DNA of 64,000 nt, taken from positions 2,368,001-2,432,000 of the forward strand of contig OY970194.1 in the NCBI GenBank assembly GCA_963708075.1, written 5' to 3'. A model generated the notes under the pieces. That model saw only the letters and a list, made by a program, of their open reading frames with translations, ran no database searches and was not told the DNA's origin. Made by a program: the position numbers and the translations under genes. The DNA comes from Sedimentisphaerales bacterium (GTDB lineage: Bacteria; Planctomycetota; Phycisphaerae; Sedimentisphaerales; Anaerobacaceae). Shown one piece after another: positions 9,995 through 19,485 of the stretch; the first letter of the stretch is position 1, and the number at the start of each line of letters is the position of its first letter.

Positions 9995-10535
9995 TCAGGG
10001 TCGCCAGGATCAGCAGACCGACGGCGATACAGAGCAAGGCGTCGGCCACGTTGAACGTGTGCCAGTGTCTGCCCGGCCAGTACACCACATCGATGAAATC
10101 GCGGACCAGCCCATTGTTGAAAATCCGGTCCCACAGGTTACCGCTGACCCCCGCGGCAAAGAGGCCCAGCGCCACCTGAACGGTTCGCTGCTGCGCCCGG
10201 CCGAAAAGGAACACGCCGAGAATCACAAGCAGGGCAAGCACCGCCACCGCTACCAGGAAGAAATACCGGCCCGTGGCAAGCCCGAACGCGGCGCCATCAT
10301 TCAGCGCCAGGCGAAACGACAGAAAACCATCGACGATGCCGGCGCTCTGCTCCGGCTCGTACTTCAGCCAGGCAAAGACCGCGTGTTTTGTCCACAGATC
10401 CAGCGCCAAGCCGACGAACAGTAAGGTCCAGAAGATCAAGTGCGCTTTCACATCGGGCAGCCATGCGACGCAGCGACTCCACGATCTGCTGATCGAGGCG
10501 GCCGGATCCATTCTTTCCTGTTTTTCTATTTCCAT
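9951..10535 (-). CDS. lspA: Lipoprotein signal peptidase II
   Basis: DLWTK, NDGAAFG, GNLWDR, VRDFID, FNVAD. Confidence 0.93.
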   Translation of the reverse strand: MEIEKQERMDPAASISRSWSRCVAWLPDVKAHLIFWTLLFVGLALDLWTKHAVFAWLKYEPEQSAGIVDGFLSFRLALNDGAAFGLATGRYFFLVAVAVLALLVILGVFLFGRAQQRTVQVALGLFAAGVSGNLWDRIFNNGLVRDFIDVVYWPGRHWHTFNVADALLCIAVGLLILATLITDSSSQTRGQPRK

Positions 10536-10539
10536 GTAT

Positions 10540-11547
10540 TTAGTAGTTCAATCCTTGCAACAGGTTCTCTGATTTCAACTGGTCCCGGATCAATTGCTCC
10601 AGGACTTCGTGTTTCGGCTGGCTCGGTGCAATGCTCAGGGAGCGCCGCCAGTGTTTCAGCGCCTCAGCCTGCAGGCGGGCATCCGCTGTGCGGCGAGCCT
10701 TGATCATAAACGCAACGCCCAAGCCCCGATGGGCCTGCCAGTCGTCCTTGTTCAAGTCTATCGACTTCCGGTACATCTGTACAGCGTGATCGATGTCGTC
10801 GAGTTTGACGAGACAGTAGCCCAGATGTCGAAACGCAGTGCCATCTTCCGGCCGCATTTGCGTGACAGATATCAGCACGCCCCTGGCTTCGTCGTACTGC
10901 CCCGCCTTCATGTGGGCCACGGCCATCGCCAGCATCGCGTCCACATCCTCGCTATTTGATGACAACAGCCGCTTATAGACCCGGATCGCGTGCTCATAGT
11001 CCTTCTGCCCCTCATAGACGCGGGCCAGCAGCCGCAACACCTCCCCGGTCCTCTCCCCAGTCTGCTCCGCCTGCTCACAGTACACCAGCGATTTCACGTA
11101 CTGCCCTGCTTTCAAGTAACACTCCCCGGCCCCGAGCATCGCCTCCAGATTCTTGGGGTCCAACTCGACGGCTCGGGCATATGCCCCGGCCGCCTCCGGG
11201 TAGTTACCCAGTCTCATGCAGGCTGCGGCGAGGTTCATGTGGCTCTCGAACGCCCAGGGGTCCAGCTCGGCGGCTTTACGAAACGCGGCCAAGGCTTTTT
11301 CACGGTTTCCCAGTTTCTCCTGCGCTTTGCCCAGTTCCGCATACGCCAGAGCGAAATCGGGATCCGCCGCGATCACGGCATTCAGTTTCTTGACCGCAAG
11401 CTCATCCTGGCCCAGTTCGCGAAGCATGACGGCATCGAGGTACATGTCCACCGCCGGCTGTCGCGGCGTGCACCCGAGACACAGACTCAATGCCGCCAGC
11501 GACAGGCTCAGCCAAACCGGGATTGTACTCTTCGTTGCCCCAGACAC
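10540..11547 (-). CDS. TPR-repeat lipoprotein
   Basis: Lipobox-like CLGC followed by multiple TPR repeats. Confidence 0.85.
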   Translation of the reverse strand: MSGATKSTIPVWLSLSLAALSLCLGCTPRQPAVDMYLDAVMLRELGQDELAVKKLNAVIAADPDFALAYAELGKAQEKLGNREKALAAFRKAAELDPWAFESHMNLAAACMRLGNYPEAAGAYARAVELDPKNLEAMLGAGECYLKAGQYVKSLVYCEQAEQTGERTGEVLRLLARVYEGQKDYEHAIRVYKRLLSSNSEDVDAMLAMAVAHMKAGQYDEARGVLISVTQMRPEDGTAFRHLGYCLVKLDDIDHAVQMYRKSIDLNKDDWQAHRGLGVAFMIKARRTADARLQAEALKHWRRSLSIAPSQPKHEVLEQLIRDQLKSENLLQGLNY

Positions 11548-11834
11548 ACGGCTTCCTTTCCAGCCCGAAAATGAGGCCCGGGCGCCATATGCATCCGGGC
11601 CGCACTCCTTGCCTGCCGCGAATTATACAGAATCTTCCCATGCTGCAAAAGGTCCCCAGATCAACATTACCATGTTGGGGTACAACGGGTGGCAGCAGCA
11701 AGCGCCAGTTTGCCGATGGTTTTGCCTTCCGTCATCGGTAAAGCCGTCAGCCGTGCCGCTGCCCCCATAACCTCATGCCGGCTCTGCCACTACTTGGTAA
11801 TGCCCCCGTCGCTGTCGTCTCGACGGTTAAAGAT

Positions 11835-11864
11835 TTGACAGGCCCGCCCGGCGGTCGGTATGAT
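11835..11864 (+). promoter_or_regulatory. Sigma70-like promoter of gpmI
   Basis: TTGACA-N18-TATGAT. Confidence 0.65.
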
Positions 11865-11941
11865 ACAAGGCCCTTCTGGATAGGCCGTCCGGCAGGACGA
11901 AGCTATACGTCGTTTCCATTGTTTTGAAAGGCATATTCTAC

Positions 11942-13516
11942 ATGAGCAAAGAGACGGGCTTGTCGAAGAAAAGGCCGTGCGTTCTCATCATACGTGATGG
12001 TTGGGGCTATAATCCCGATCGCAACGAAGATCCGTACAACGCAATCAAACGGGCTCACACGCCGGTAGATGACATGCTGATGGCAGAGTACCCAAACTGC
12101 CTCGTCCACACCTACGGCGAGTACGTCGGGCTCCCCGACGGCACGATGGGCAACAGCGAGGTGGGCCACCAGAATATCGGGGCCGGACGAATCGTTCCCC
12201 AGGAATCGGTCCGCATCACCCATATGATCCGCGAAGGCTCGTTCTTCGAGAACAAGGAATTCCTGAATCTCGTCCGGTTCGTCAAAGAACGCAACGGCAG
12301 TATGCATATCATGGGTCTGTGCAGCGATATCGGGGTCCATTCACGTCTCGAACACCTGTACGGCCTGCTGGAACTGGCCAAGCGTAACGACCTGACAAAG
12401 GTCTTCATCCATGCCTTCACGGACGGGCGGGATTCTCCGCCGGATAGCGGGCTCGGATACGTTACCGACGTGGAAAAGAAGGCCGGCGAGATCGGCGTCG
12501 GCAGGATCGCCAGCGTGATGGGCCGGTTCTACGCGATGGACCGCGACAGCCGGTGGGATCGCGTCCAGAAAGCCTATGAATGCCTGCGGTTCGGCAAAGG
12601 TCTCGAAGCGCGCAGCGCAACCGAGGCCGTTCGCAGCAGTTACGACAAGGACGTGACGGACGAGTTCATCGAGCCGACCGCGATCGTCAATGCCGACAAC
12701 GAGCCGCTGGCAACGATCTCCGACGGCGACGGCGTCGTATTCTTCAACTTCCGCGGCGACCGGCCCCGCGAGATCACACGGGCGTTTGTGGATCCGGACT
12801 TCAAGGAGTTTGCGCGGACGACCCGGGCGGACGTGTACTTCGTCTGCATGACCGAATACGATGCGACGATTCCCGCTCCCGTTGCATTCCCGAAGCCAAC
12901 AAAGATGAAGAACATCCTCGGCGCGTATTGGGGCGCCCTGGGAATCAAGCAGTTCCGTTGTGCCGAGACGGAGAAATACGCTCACGTGACTTTCTTCTTC
13001 AATGACTACACGGAAAAGCCCTTCAAGGGCGAGGACCGGCAGATCGTCCCGTCGCCCAGAGTTCGCACGTACGATCTCAAGCCGGAGATGAGCGCATACG
13101 AAGTGGCGAGCGTCGTTCTCGACCGCCTGGACTCGGACAAGTACGACGCGATGGTGGTCAATTTTGCCAATCCCGACATGGTGGGCCACACGGGCGACTT
13201 GTCGGCAGCGATCAAGGCGGCCGAGACCGTCGATCAATGCGTCGGCAAGATCCTCGACAAGGTCAAAAGCATGGGCGGCGCGGCGATCGTCACCGCCGAT
13301 CACGGCAACTTCGAGAAGATGATCGACGGCTCGCCGGAGAATCCGCACACGGCCCACACGGTCGGAGACGTGCCCCTGGTGATTTTCGATGACCGCTACA
13401 AAGGCGCAAAGCTGCGGGACGTCGGCACGCTGGCCGACATTGCGCCGACACTGCTGCAGATGATGGGGTTGCGCCAGCCGCCGGAGATGACCGGCCGCAG
13501 CCTCGTGCCGGGCTGA
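11942..13516 (+). CDS. gpmI: 2,3-bisphosphoglycerate-independent phosphoglycerate mutase
   Basis: MGNSEVGH, DGRD, GRFYAMDRD, AETEKYAHVT, NPDMVGHTG, TADHGN. Confidence 0.97.
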   Translation: MSKETGLSKKRPCVLIIRDGWGYNPDRNEDPYNAIKRAHTPVDDMLMAEYPNCLVHTYGEYVGLPDGTMGNSEVGHQNIGAGRIVPQESVRITHMIREGSFFENKEFLNLVRFVKERNGSMHIMGLCSDIGVHSRLEHLYGLLELAKRNDLTKVFIHAFTDGRDSPPDSGLGYVTDVEKKAGEIGVGRIASVMGRFYAMDRDSRWDRVQKAYECLRFGKGLEARSATEAVRSSYDKDVTDEFIEPTAIVNADNEPLATISDGDGVVFFNFRGDRPREITRAFVDPDFKEFARTTRADVYFVCMTEYDATIPAPVAFPKPTKMKNILGAYWGALGIKQFRCAETEKYAHVTFFFNDYTEKPFKGEDRQIVPSPRVRTYDLKPEMSAYEVASVVLDRLDSDKYDAMVVNFANPDMVGHTGDLSAAIKAAETVDQCVGKILDKVKSMGGAAIVTADHGNFEKMIDGSPENPHTAHTVGDVPLVIFDDRYKGAKLRDVGTLADIAPTLLQMMGLRQPPEMTGRSLVPG

Positions 13517-13629
13517 CGCATGAACGCCCGCGATGAATCGGCGTAGGAAGTACTGTATGTCAGATGTATTTCCTGAATCTAGTCCGAAGCCCCCGCAAGC
13601 GGACCACCCTGTGGCGGGACTGAGAGCTC

Positions 13630-15444
13630 ATGGGTAAGATCGTCCACCTCGATCAAAACATGGTCAACATGATTGCGGCCGGCGAGGTGATCGAGCGGCC
13701 CGCCAGCGTGGTCAAGGAATTGATGGAGAACAGCATCGACGCCGGGGCCACGCAGATCGTCGTGGCCGTGGAGGACGGCGGCCGCAAGCTCATCAGCATC
13801 ACCGATAACGGCAGCGGCATGGACGCCGAGGATTTGGACGCCGCCTTCGAGCCCCATGCGACGAGCAAGATCAGAGAGGTCAACGACCTGCAAGGCATAT
13901 CTACGCTTGGATTCCGCGGGGAGGCTCTGGCCAGCATCGGCTCCGTCGCCCAGGTCCGAGCCGTCAGCCGCACGAGGGAGTCCGACCAGGCCCATTGCAT
14001 CGAGATCGATTGTGGAGAAAAGAGACCCATTAGCCCGTGCAGTGGCGATTTCGGCACAACGATCCAGGTTCGGGATCTCTTCTATAAGACGCCAGCACGG
14101 CGGAAGTTCCTGCGCACGGCCAACACCGAATTGGGCTACATCAGCGAGCAGTTCACGCGGATCGCTCTGGCAAGGACGGACATTGCCTTGGCGCTCACTC
14201 ATAACAATCGAGAGCTGTACCGGCTTGCAGAGCATCAGACCGCGAGGCAGCGGATCGCCCAGCTTTTCCCGATGCTGTCTGCCGAGCCCTCCGACGATCT
14301 CATTGAAGCGCAGACGGACGAGAGGGGTATTCGCATCCGTGCATTGCTCGGTCGGCCGAGTGTCTCGCGGACCAGCGGCCAGTTCCAGTACACCTTTCTG
14401 AATGGCCGGTTCATTCGGGACAAATTCATCTCCCATGCGATCAAGGAAGCCTACCGGGGGCTGCTCGATCCCAATCGGTTCCCGGTGGTCTTCCTGTTCA
14501 TCGAGATGCCGCCGTCCGAGTATGACGTCAACGTGCATCCGACGAAGATCGAGGTCCGGTTCTGCAACTCGAACCTGGTTCACTCTCAAGTCTTGGGGAC
14601 ACTGCGAGAGACACTTCTGGGCATGGATCTTCATGTGCCCGCGACGATACCGGCCGGCGCGCCGGCGGCGACGGATGACGCGACGGATCGACAAGTGAAA
14701 CGGCAGGAAATCGCTGACGCCATGGCCGAGTTCTTCAAGAAGCACCGCCCTGCCGACGTGCAACGGCGGCTCGATTTCCGGGCGGATATGCCCTCTGCTG
14801 GTTCCGCTCGTCGGCCCAGGGAATTCTCTCCTGTCGTCCCATCGTCACCAGCCCCCGCTCCCATCCAGATGGAGCAGCCCAAGTATCTCCAGATCCACGA
14901 CAGCTACATCGTCGAACAGACGGAGGATGGTTTTGTCATCATCGACCAGCATGCCCTGCACGAGCGAATGTTGTACGAGACGTTGCGCCAGCGGGTCCAG
15001 CGGGATCACCTCGAATCGCAACGGTTGCTCCTGCCCGAGAGCTTCCAGATCACAGATGGGCAGGCAGCCGTGATAGAGAGCAACGCCGAGCTGATCGCGA
15101 GGCTCGGGATCGAGCTCGTGCCGTTCGGCCCGAGAACATACGCGATCCAGGCTTTTCCCACGCTGCTCGGGGGCGTCTCACCGATCGAATTCGTCCAGGA
15201 CCTGATGGATCTTCTTGTCGAGAAGAGCGGCGTGCTCCCGGCCGAGGACCTCTTGAACGAGGTGCTCAACATGACAGCCTGCAAGGCGGCCATCAAGGCG
15301 GGCCAGAAGCTCAACGATGCAGAGATCCGCCAACTGCTGGCCGACCGGCAGCGTTACGAATCGACCAGCCGGTGCCCTCATGGCCGGCCGACGACGATCA
15401 AATTCTCGATCAGCGAGCTGGAGAAGCAGTTCAAGAGGACCTGA
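13630..15444 (+). CDS. mutL: DNA mismatch repair endonuclease MutL
   Basis: IAAGEVIERP, GFRGEALASI, DVNVHPTK, DQHALHER endonuclease motif, ACK, CPHGRP. Confidence 0.97.
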   Translation: MGKIVHLDQNMVNMIAAGEVIERPASVVKELMENSIDAGATQIVVAVEDGGRKLISITDNGSGMDAEDLDAAFEPHATSKIREVNDLQGISTLGFRGEALASIGSVAQVRAVSRTRESDQAHCIEIDCGEKRPISPCSGDFGTTIQVRDLFYKTPARRKFLRTANTELGYISEQFTRIALARTDIALALTHNNRELYRLAEHQTARQRIAQLFPMLSAEPSDDLIEAQTDERGIRIRALLGRPSVSRTSGQFQYTFLNGRFIRDKFISHAIKEAYRGLLDPNRFPVVFLFIEMPPSEYDVNVHPTKIEVRFCNSNLVHSQVLGTLRETLLGMDLHVPATIPAGAPAATDDATDRQVKRQEIADAMAEFFKKHRPADVQRRLDFRADMPSAGSARRPREFSPVVPSSPAPAPIQMEQPKYLQIHDSYIVEQTEDGFVIIDQHALHERMLYETLRQRVQRDHLESQRLLLPESFQITDGQAAVIESNAELIARLGIELVPFGPRTYAIQAFPTLLGGVSPIEFVQDLMDLLVEKSGVLPAEDLLNEVLNMTACKAAIKAGQKLNDAEIRQLLADRQRYESTSRCPHGRPTTIKFSISELEKQFKRT

Positions 15445-16340
15445 TGAAGAAGTGGTGGATTCTGCTGGTGGCCTTTGCAGCCTGGATCGGCTTGGGCTGC
15501 ATTCTGCTTCGACCTCGTCACGTCGAGGCAGCACTCGATGGGCAACCCTCGCGCACACCCGCCCGGATTGTCTCCATGGCGCCCAATCTCACGGAGATTC
15601 TGTTTTCGTTAGGTCTGGAGGAGAGCATCGTCGGCGTTACACGGGACAGCGACTACCCCCCCGCCGCCACACAGAAGTCCACCGTAGGCACCTTCTGGCA
15701 ACCCAACATTGAGGCCGTCATCGCTCTCAAGCCCGACCTGGTCGTGGCGCTGGATCTTGAGCAGCAGCGCAGCTTGGCGGGGCGACTTGCTCGCATGGGC
15801 TACAAGTGCCTGACGCTCGACATTTCGACAGTCGAGGATCTCTTTGTCGCCATATCCACCGTGGCCGCCGCCACCAACAAGGGCCCGCAGGCCGAACGGG
15901 TGCTCGGCGGCATGAAGGCCAAAGCGGCGGCAGTCAGGGACAAGACTGCCGGGAGGGATAGGGTGAGAGTTCTCTGGGTCGTGCAGCGGGAGCCGCTCCG
16001 TGTCGCCGGCCGAAACACGTTTGTCAACGAGCTGATCGAACTGGCGGGCGGCGAGAACGCCATCGGCCAGACCCTTCACGTGTACCCACCCATCGGCGGC
16101 GAGCAGATCATCGCCTCAGCGCCCCAGGTCATCATCGAGCCCACCATGGGCGGCGACGATGTGCAAGGGCAACACGTGCAGGCGGCTTCCTTCTGGAAAC
16201 GATACACAACGGTCCCTGCTGTGGCTGACGGGCGAATCCATGTGATCAATGGGGACCTTGTCTCCCGGCTGAGCCCGAGGCTTGGAGATGGAATCGAGAC
16301 GATAGCGAAATGTCTTCATCCGGAGGTCTTTGGAGAATAG
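15444..16340 (+). CDS. ABC transporter substrate-binding protein, BtuF/Fe-siderophore class
   Basis: RIVSMAPNLTEILFSLG, PNIEAVIALKPDLV, ELIELAGGEN; ATG overlaps mutL stop. Confidence 0.88.
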   Translation: MKKWWILLVAFAAWIGLGCILLRPRHVEAALDGQPSRTPARIVSMAPNLTEILFSLGLEESIVGVTRDSDYPPAATQKSTVGTFWQPNIEAVIALKPDLVVALDLEQQRSLAGRLARMGYKCLTLDISTVEDLFVAISTVAAATNKGPQAERVLGGMKAKAAAVRDKTAGRDRVRVLWVVQREPLRVAGRNTFVNELIELAGGENAIGQTLHVYPPIGGEQIIASAPQVIIEPTMGGDDVQGQHVQAASFWKRYTTVPAVADGRIHVINGDLVSRLSPRLGDGIETIAKCLHPEVFGE

Positions 16341-16343
16341 ACG

Positions 16344-17375
16344 GTGCAGCAGCTTCTCTCCCCGAGAACTCTGTTAATCAGGATTGCGGCCGCAGCGATT
16401 ATGCTGGTCGTGGTGATGCTCCTATGCGCTCTGGCCGGCTCAGAGAGCATCTCTCTGAAGAACGCTTTGGCCGGCGGACACGAAGGCGGCTCAACCAACT
16501 CCGATTACGAAATCCTCATGCATATCCGAGTACCCCGCGTCATCCTTGCGGCCATCGTGGGGGCGGCATTGGCCGCTGCCGGCGTGACCTTGCAGGCGCT
16601 CCTGCGTAATCCCCTTGCTGACCCATACATTCTTGGCATCTCCAGCGGGGCCGGCCTGGGCGCCACGCTCGCCATCATTGGCGGCTTCAGTTGGACCCTG
16701 TGGGGACGCTCTCCCGTTGCCATCTTTGCCTTTGCCGGTGCCGTGGGAACCGTCTGGCTGGTCTGGGGCATCGGGCGCATCACGGGCCGGTTCCATGTAA
16801 CCGGCTTGCTCCTGGCCGGTGTCGTCGTGAACGCCTTTTTCTCCGCGATCATCATGTTCCTGATCTCGGCGGCCAAGGGCCAGCAGCTCCACGCGACAAT
16901 GTTCTGGCTGATGGGCACTATGGCCGAAGAGGACTTCTTTGTTCTCTGGATTGGAGCCGGGTGCGTAGCGGCGGGAGTCGTGTCGTTGTACTTCCTCGCC
17001 CCCCAGCTCAATGCAATCAGCTTCAACCCGGAAGATGCGAAGAGCATGGGCATACACGTAGAGAGAGTCCAGCTACTGGCGTTCACAGTATCGGCGTTCG
17101 TTACGGCTGTGGCGGTGAGTTTGAGCGGCCTGGTCGGCTTCGTCGGGCTGGTCGTGCCGCACGCAGTCCGGCTGGTGCTTGGCCCCGACCACCGTCAGTT
17201 GCTGCCGATCAGCAGTCTCTGCGGGGCGATGTTCCTGGTGATCGCCGACACGGTCGCCCGGGTCATTGTGGCGCCGGCCCAGTTGCCTGTGGGCGTGGTC
17301 ACGGCAATGGTCGGTGGGCCATTCTTCCTGATTCTGCTCATTCGATACAACAGAAAGGTGTCATGGCTGCGATGA
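16344..17375 (+). CDS. FecCD/BtuC family ABC permease
   Basis: RVPRV, QALLRNPLADPYILGISSGA, GFVGLVVPH, LPVGVVTAMVGGPFF. Confidence 0.93.
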   Translation: MQQLLSPRTLLIRIAAAAIMLVVVMLLCALAGSESISLKNALAGGHEGGSTNSDYEILMHIRVPRVILAAIVGAALAAAGVTLQALLRNPLADPYILGISSGAGLGATLAIIGGFSWTLWGRSPVAIFAFAGAVGTVWLVWGIGRITGRFHVTGLLLAGVVVNAFFSAIIMFLISAAKGQQLHATMFWLMGTMAEEDFFVLWIGAGCVAAGVVSLYFLAPQLNAISFNPEDAKSMGIHVERVQLLAFTVSAFVTAVAVSLSGLVGFVGLVVPHAVRLVLGPDHRQLLPISSLCGAMFLVIADTVARVIVAPAQLPVGVVTAMVGGPFFLILLIRYNRKVSWLR

Positions 17376-18256
17376 CGGCATCCGTGCACGTGCAAGACGT
17401 CAGCTTCGCCTACCATCGGGCATACCCGGTGTTGAAGGACATCCGCTTCGCCGTGGCGGCGGGGAAGTTCCTGGCCATCGTCGGGCCGAACGGCGCGGGC
17501 AAGAGCACGCTGATCAACCTCATCGCCGGGTCGGTTACGCCGCAGTCAGGCAGAATATCCATAGACGGGATCAATATCAGGTCCTGCCGGCCCAGGGAAC
17601 TGGCTCGCAAGATCGCCGTGGTACGGCAGGGGTCTGTTCCGGTCTTCGGTTTTTCTGTGGCCGAGGCCGTGCTGATGGCGAGAACCACGCATTACGGCCC
17701 GCTCGGCTTTGAAAGCGAGATCGACCGGCAGTGCGTGGCAGAAGCCCTGGAAATGACCGCCACCGCCGAGTTTGCCTCGCGTCCGCTGGCCAGCCTGAGC
17801 GGGGGCGAGCGGCAACGGGTCTTTATCGCACGCGCCCTGGCTCAGGACACCCCCATCCTTTTGATGGACGAGCCAACGACGTTTCTCGATCTCAAACACC
17901 AGGTTGGCATCTATGACCTGCTCAAAACTATCCAAATTAACAAATCCCGAACGATCATTGCGATTACGCAGGATGTTAATCTTGCGGCCCAATACTGCGA
18001 CGAAGCAATTCTTCTTCGCCCCCTTTCCCGGCTGCCTGCTTCCACGAAAGGTAGTGGCGCCAATACAGATCATTGTCAGTACCGGATTGGCCCGGCGTCC
18101 GAGGTACTTACCGCGACCCATCTCAAGGAAATCTTCGGCGTGAGCGGATTCTCGGGCCTGATCGGCCAAGAGCACTTCTTTGTCCCCCTGGGCCGCATGG
18201 CCAAGGACGCAATCCGCGATGCTGACCAGGAACAGCCCGGCCAAGGATTGACATAA
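17372..18256 (+). CDS. ABC transporter ATP-binding protein (BtuD/FepC class)
   Basis: GPNGAGKST, LSGGERQR, LLMDEPT; ATGA overlap with permease stop. Confidence 0.92.
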   Translation: MTASVHVQDVSFAYHRAYPVLKDIRFAVAAGKFLAIVGPNGAGKSTLINLIAGSVTPQSGRISIDGINIRSCRPRELARKIAVVRQGSVPVFGFSVAEAVLMARTTHYGPLGFESEIDRQCVAEALEMTATAEFASRPLASLSGGERQRVFIARALAQDTPILLMDEPTTFLDLKHQVGIYDLLKTIQINKSRTIIAITQDVNLAAQYCDEAILLRPLSRLPASTKGSGANTDHCQYRIGPASEVLTATHLKEIFGVSGFSGLIGQEHFFVPLGRMAKDAIRDADQEQPGQGLT

Positions 18257-18447
18257 GTGCCTGCACGAAAAGGGTTTACATTAAGCCCACACATGCACTT
18301 GAGTCCGCCGCCTTTTCCGGACTAGCCGCGGAATTAGAATTACTCTGCAGGGCAAATAATACTACCCGCAAGTGACGATATATGGTAAACTATGGGTTTC
18401 TACAAAACGTAGATTCTAGTGTACGTATATGAAAGGCAAGCGTAGAA

Positions 18448-18930
18448 GTGGCACAGAATCGCAAAAAACCATCGAGAGAAAAGGCTCCGCCGAAGCAGTC
18501 CGGGGTGCGGCATCTGACCCCTGCCGAGATTGAGCATTTCAGGGCACTGCTGATTGAGAGGCGGAAAGAGATCCTGCATAATGTCGTGGAGATCGAGGGC
18601 GAGACCCTGAGAAAATCGAGGCTGGACGCCAGCGGGGATTTGTCAAGCATGCCCATCCACATGGCGGATCTCGGGACGGACAACTATCAGCAGGAGTTCT
18701 CCCTTGGCCTGATGGATAGCGAGCGAAAGCTCATCACGGAAATCGACGATGCCTTGCAGCGAATCGAGAATGGCACGTACGGCATCTGTGAGGGGACGGG
18801 CCAGCCCATAGCCAAGGCAAGGCTTGAGGCCCAGCCTTGGGCTCGATACTCCGTCGAACATGCACGAATCGTGGAGCAGCAACAGCAGCAGCAACAGCAA
18901 CAGCAGCCGCAGCAACCTGGAGAGAGCTGA
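18448..18930 (+). CDS. TraR/DksA family transcription factor
   Basis: HMADLGTD coiled-coil tip, EIDDALQRIENGTYGICE, ARLEAQPWARYS. Confidence 0.88.
   Translation: MAQNRKKPSREKAPPKQSGVRHLTPAEIEHFRALLIERRKEILHNVVEIEGETLRKSRLDASGDLSSMPIHMADLGTDNYQQEFSLGLMDSERKLITEIDDALQRIENGTYGICEGTGQPIAKARLEAQPWARYSVEHARIVEQQQQQQQQQQPQQPGES
18877..18915 (+). repeat. CAG/CAA trinucleotide repeat encoding a polyQ tail
   Basis: (CAR)10 ccg cag caa = QQQQQQQQQQPQQ. Confidence 0.9.
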
Positions 18931-19103
18931 GAGGTCGGGCTCAGGTGGTGTAGCCCCGGCTCGTGATGCCCAGGCGGTGTGCGAGACAAGGAGCCGGGAT
19001 AGCGGCAGGAGGCGATGATGCTGAACGACTGTAAGCCATGCACGATGATCAGGGACGAGTTCCGGGCGTTCGGATATTCATTCGATGTATTCCGGGAGAG
19101 CCC

Positions 19104-19352
19104 ATGAAACCGTCAGATCGTACGCATGAAAATCACCCACAACAGGCCCGCCAGTTCCGCTGCCCCACCTGCAAACAGATCGTGAAATCCCCCGAACAGG
19201 ATCCCTCAGCACAGATGAAGTTCTTCCCTTTCTGCTCGGAACGCTGCAAACTCATCGACTTGGGGGCCTGGTTCGATGCTGACTACAGAATTCCGAGCCG
19301 CCCCGATGAGGAATCCGAAGGCCCTTCACAAGACAACTCCTCCACCTCATAG
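19104..19352 (+). CDS. yacG: DNA gyrase inhibitor YacG
   Basis: CPTC...[16 protein letters not shown]. Confidence 0.9.
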   Translation: MKPSDRTHENHPQQARQFRCPTCKQIVKSPEQDPSAQMKFFPFCSERCKLIDLGAWFDADYRIPSRPDEESEGPSQDNSSTS

Positions 19353-19485
19353 GAACCGTTAGAAAGGCTCCCCCGCCGGACGAAATCCTCTGGACGACGC
19401 CCCACCCCAGGTAGTACCATGCAGGCACTACAGGCGATAATTCCAGACAAGGAATGAGCGGATCGCGATTTTGAAAGGGTGCAAG

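Noticed and set aside
13580..13622. Small nested hairpins upstream of mutL
   Set aside because: Short GC stems without a U-tract or second copy; may be chance
16691..17371. Long N-terminal extension of the ABC ATPase ORF
   Set aside because: Out-of-frame overlap with the permease; the real start is ATG 17372
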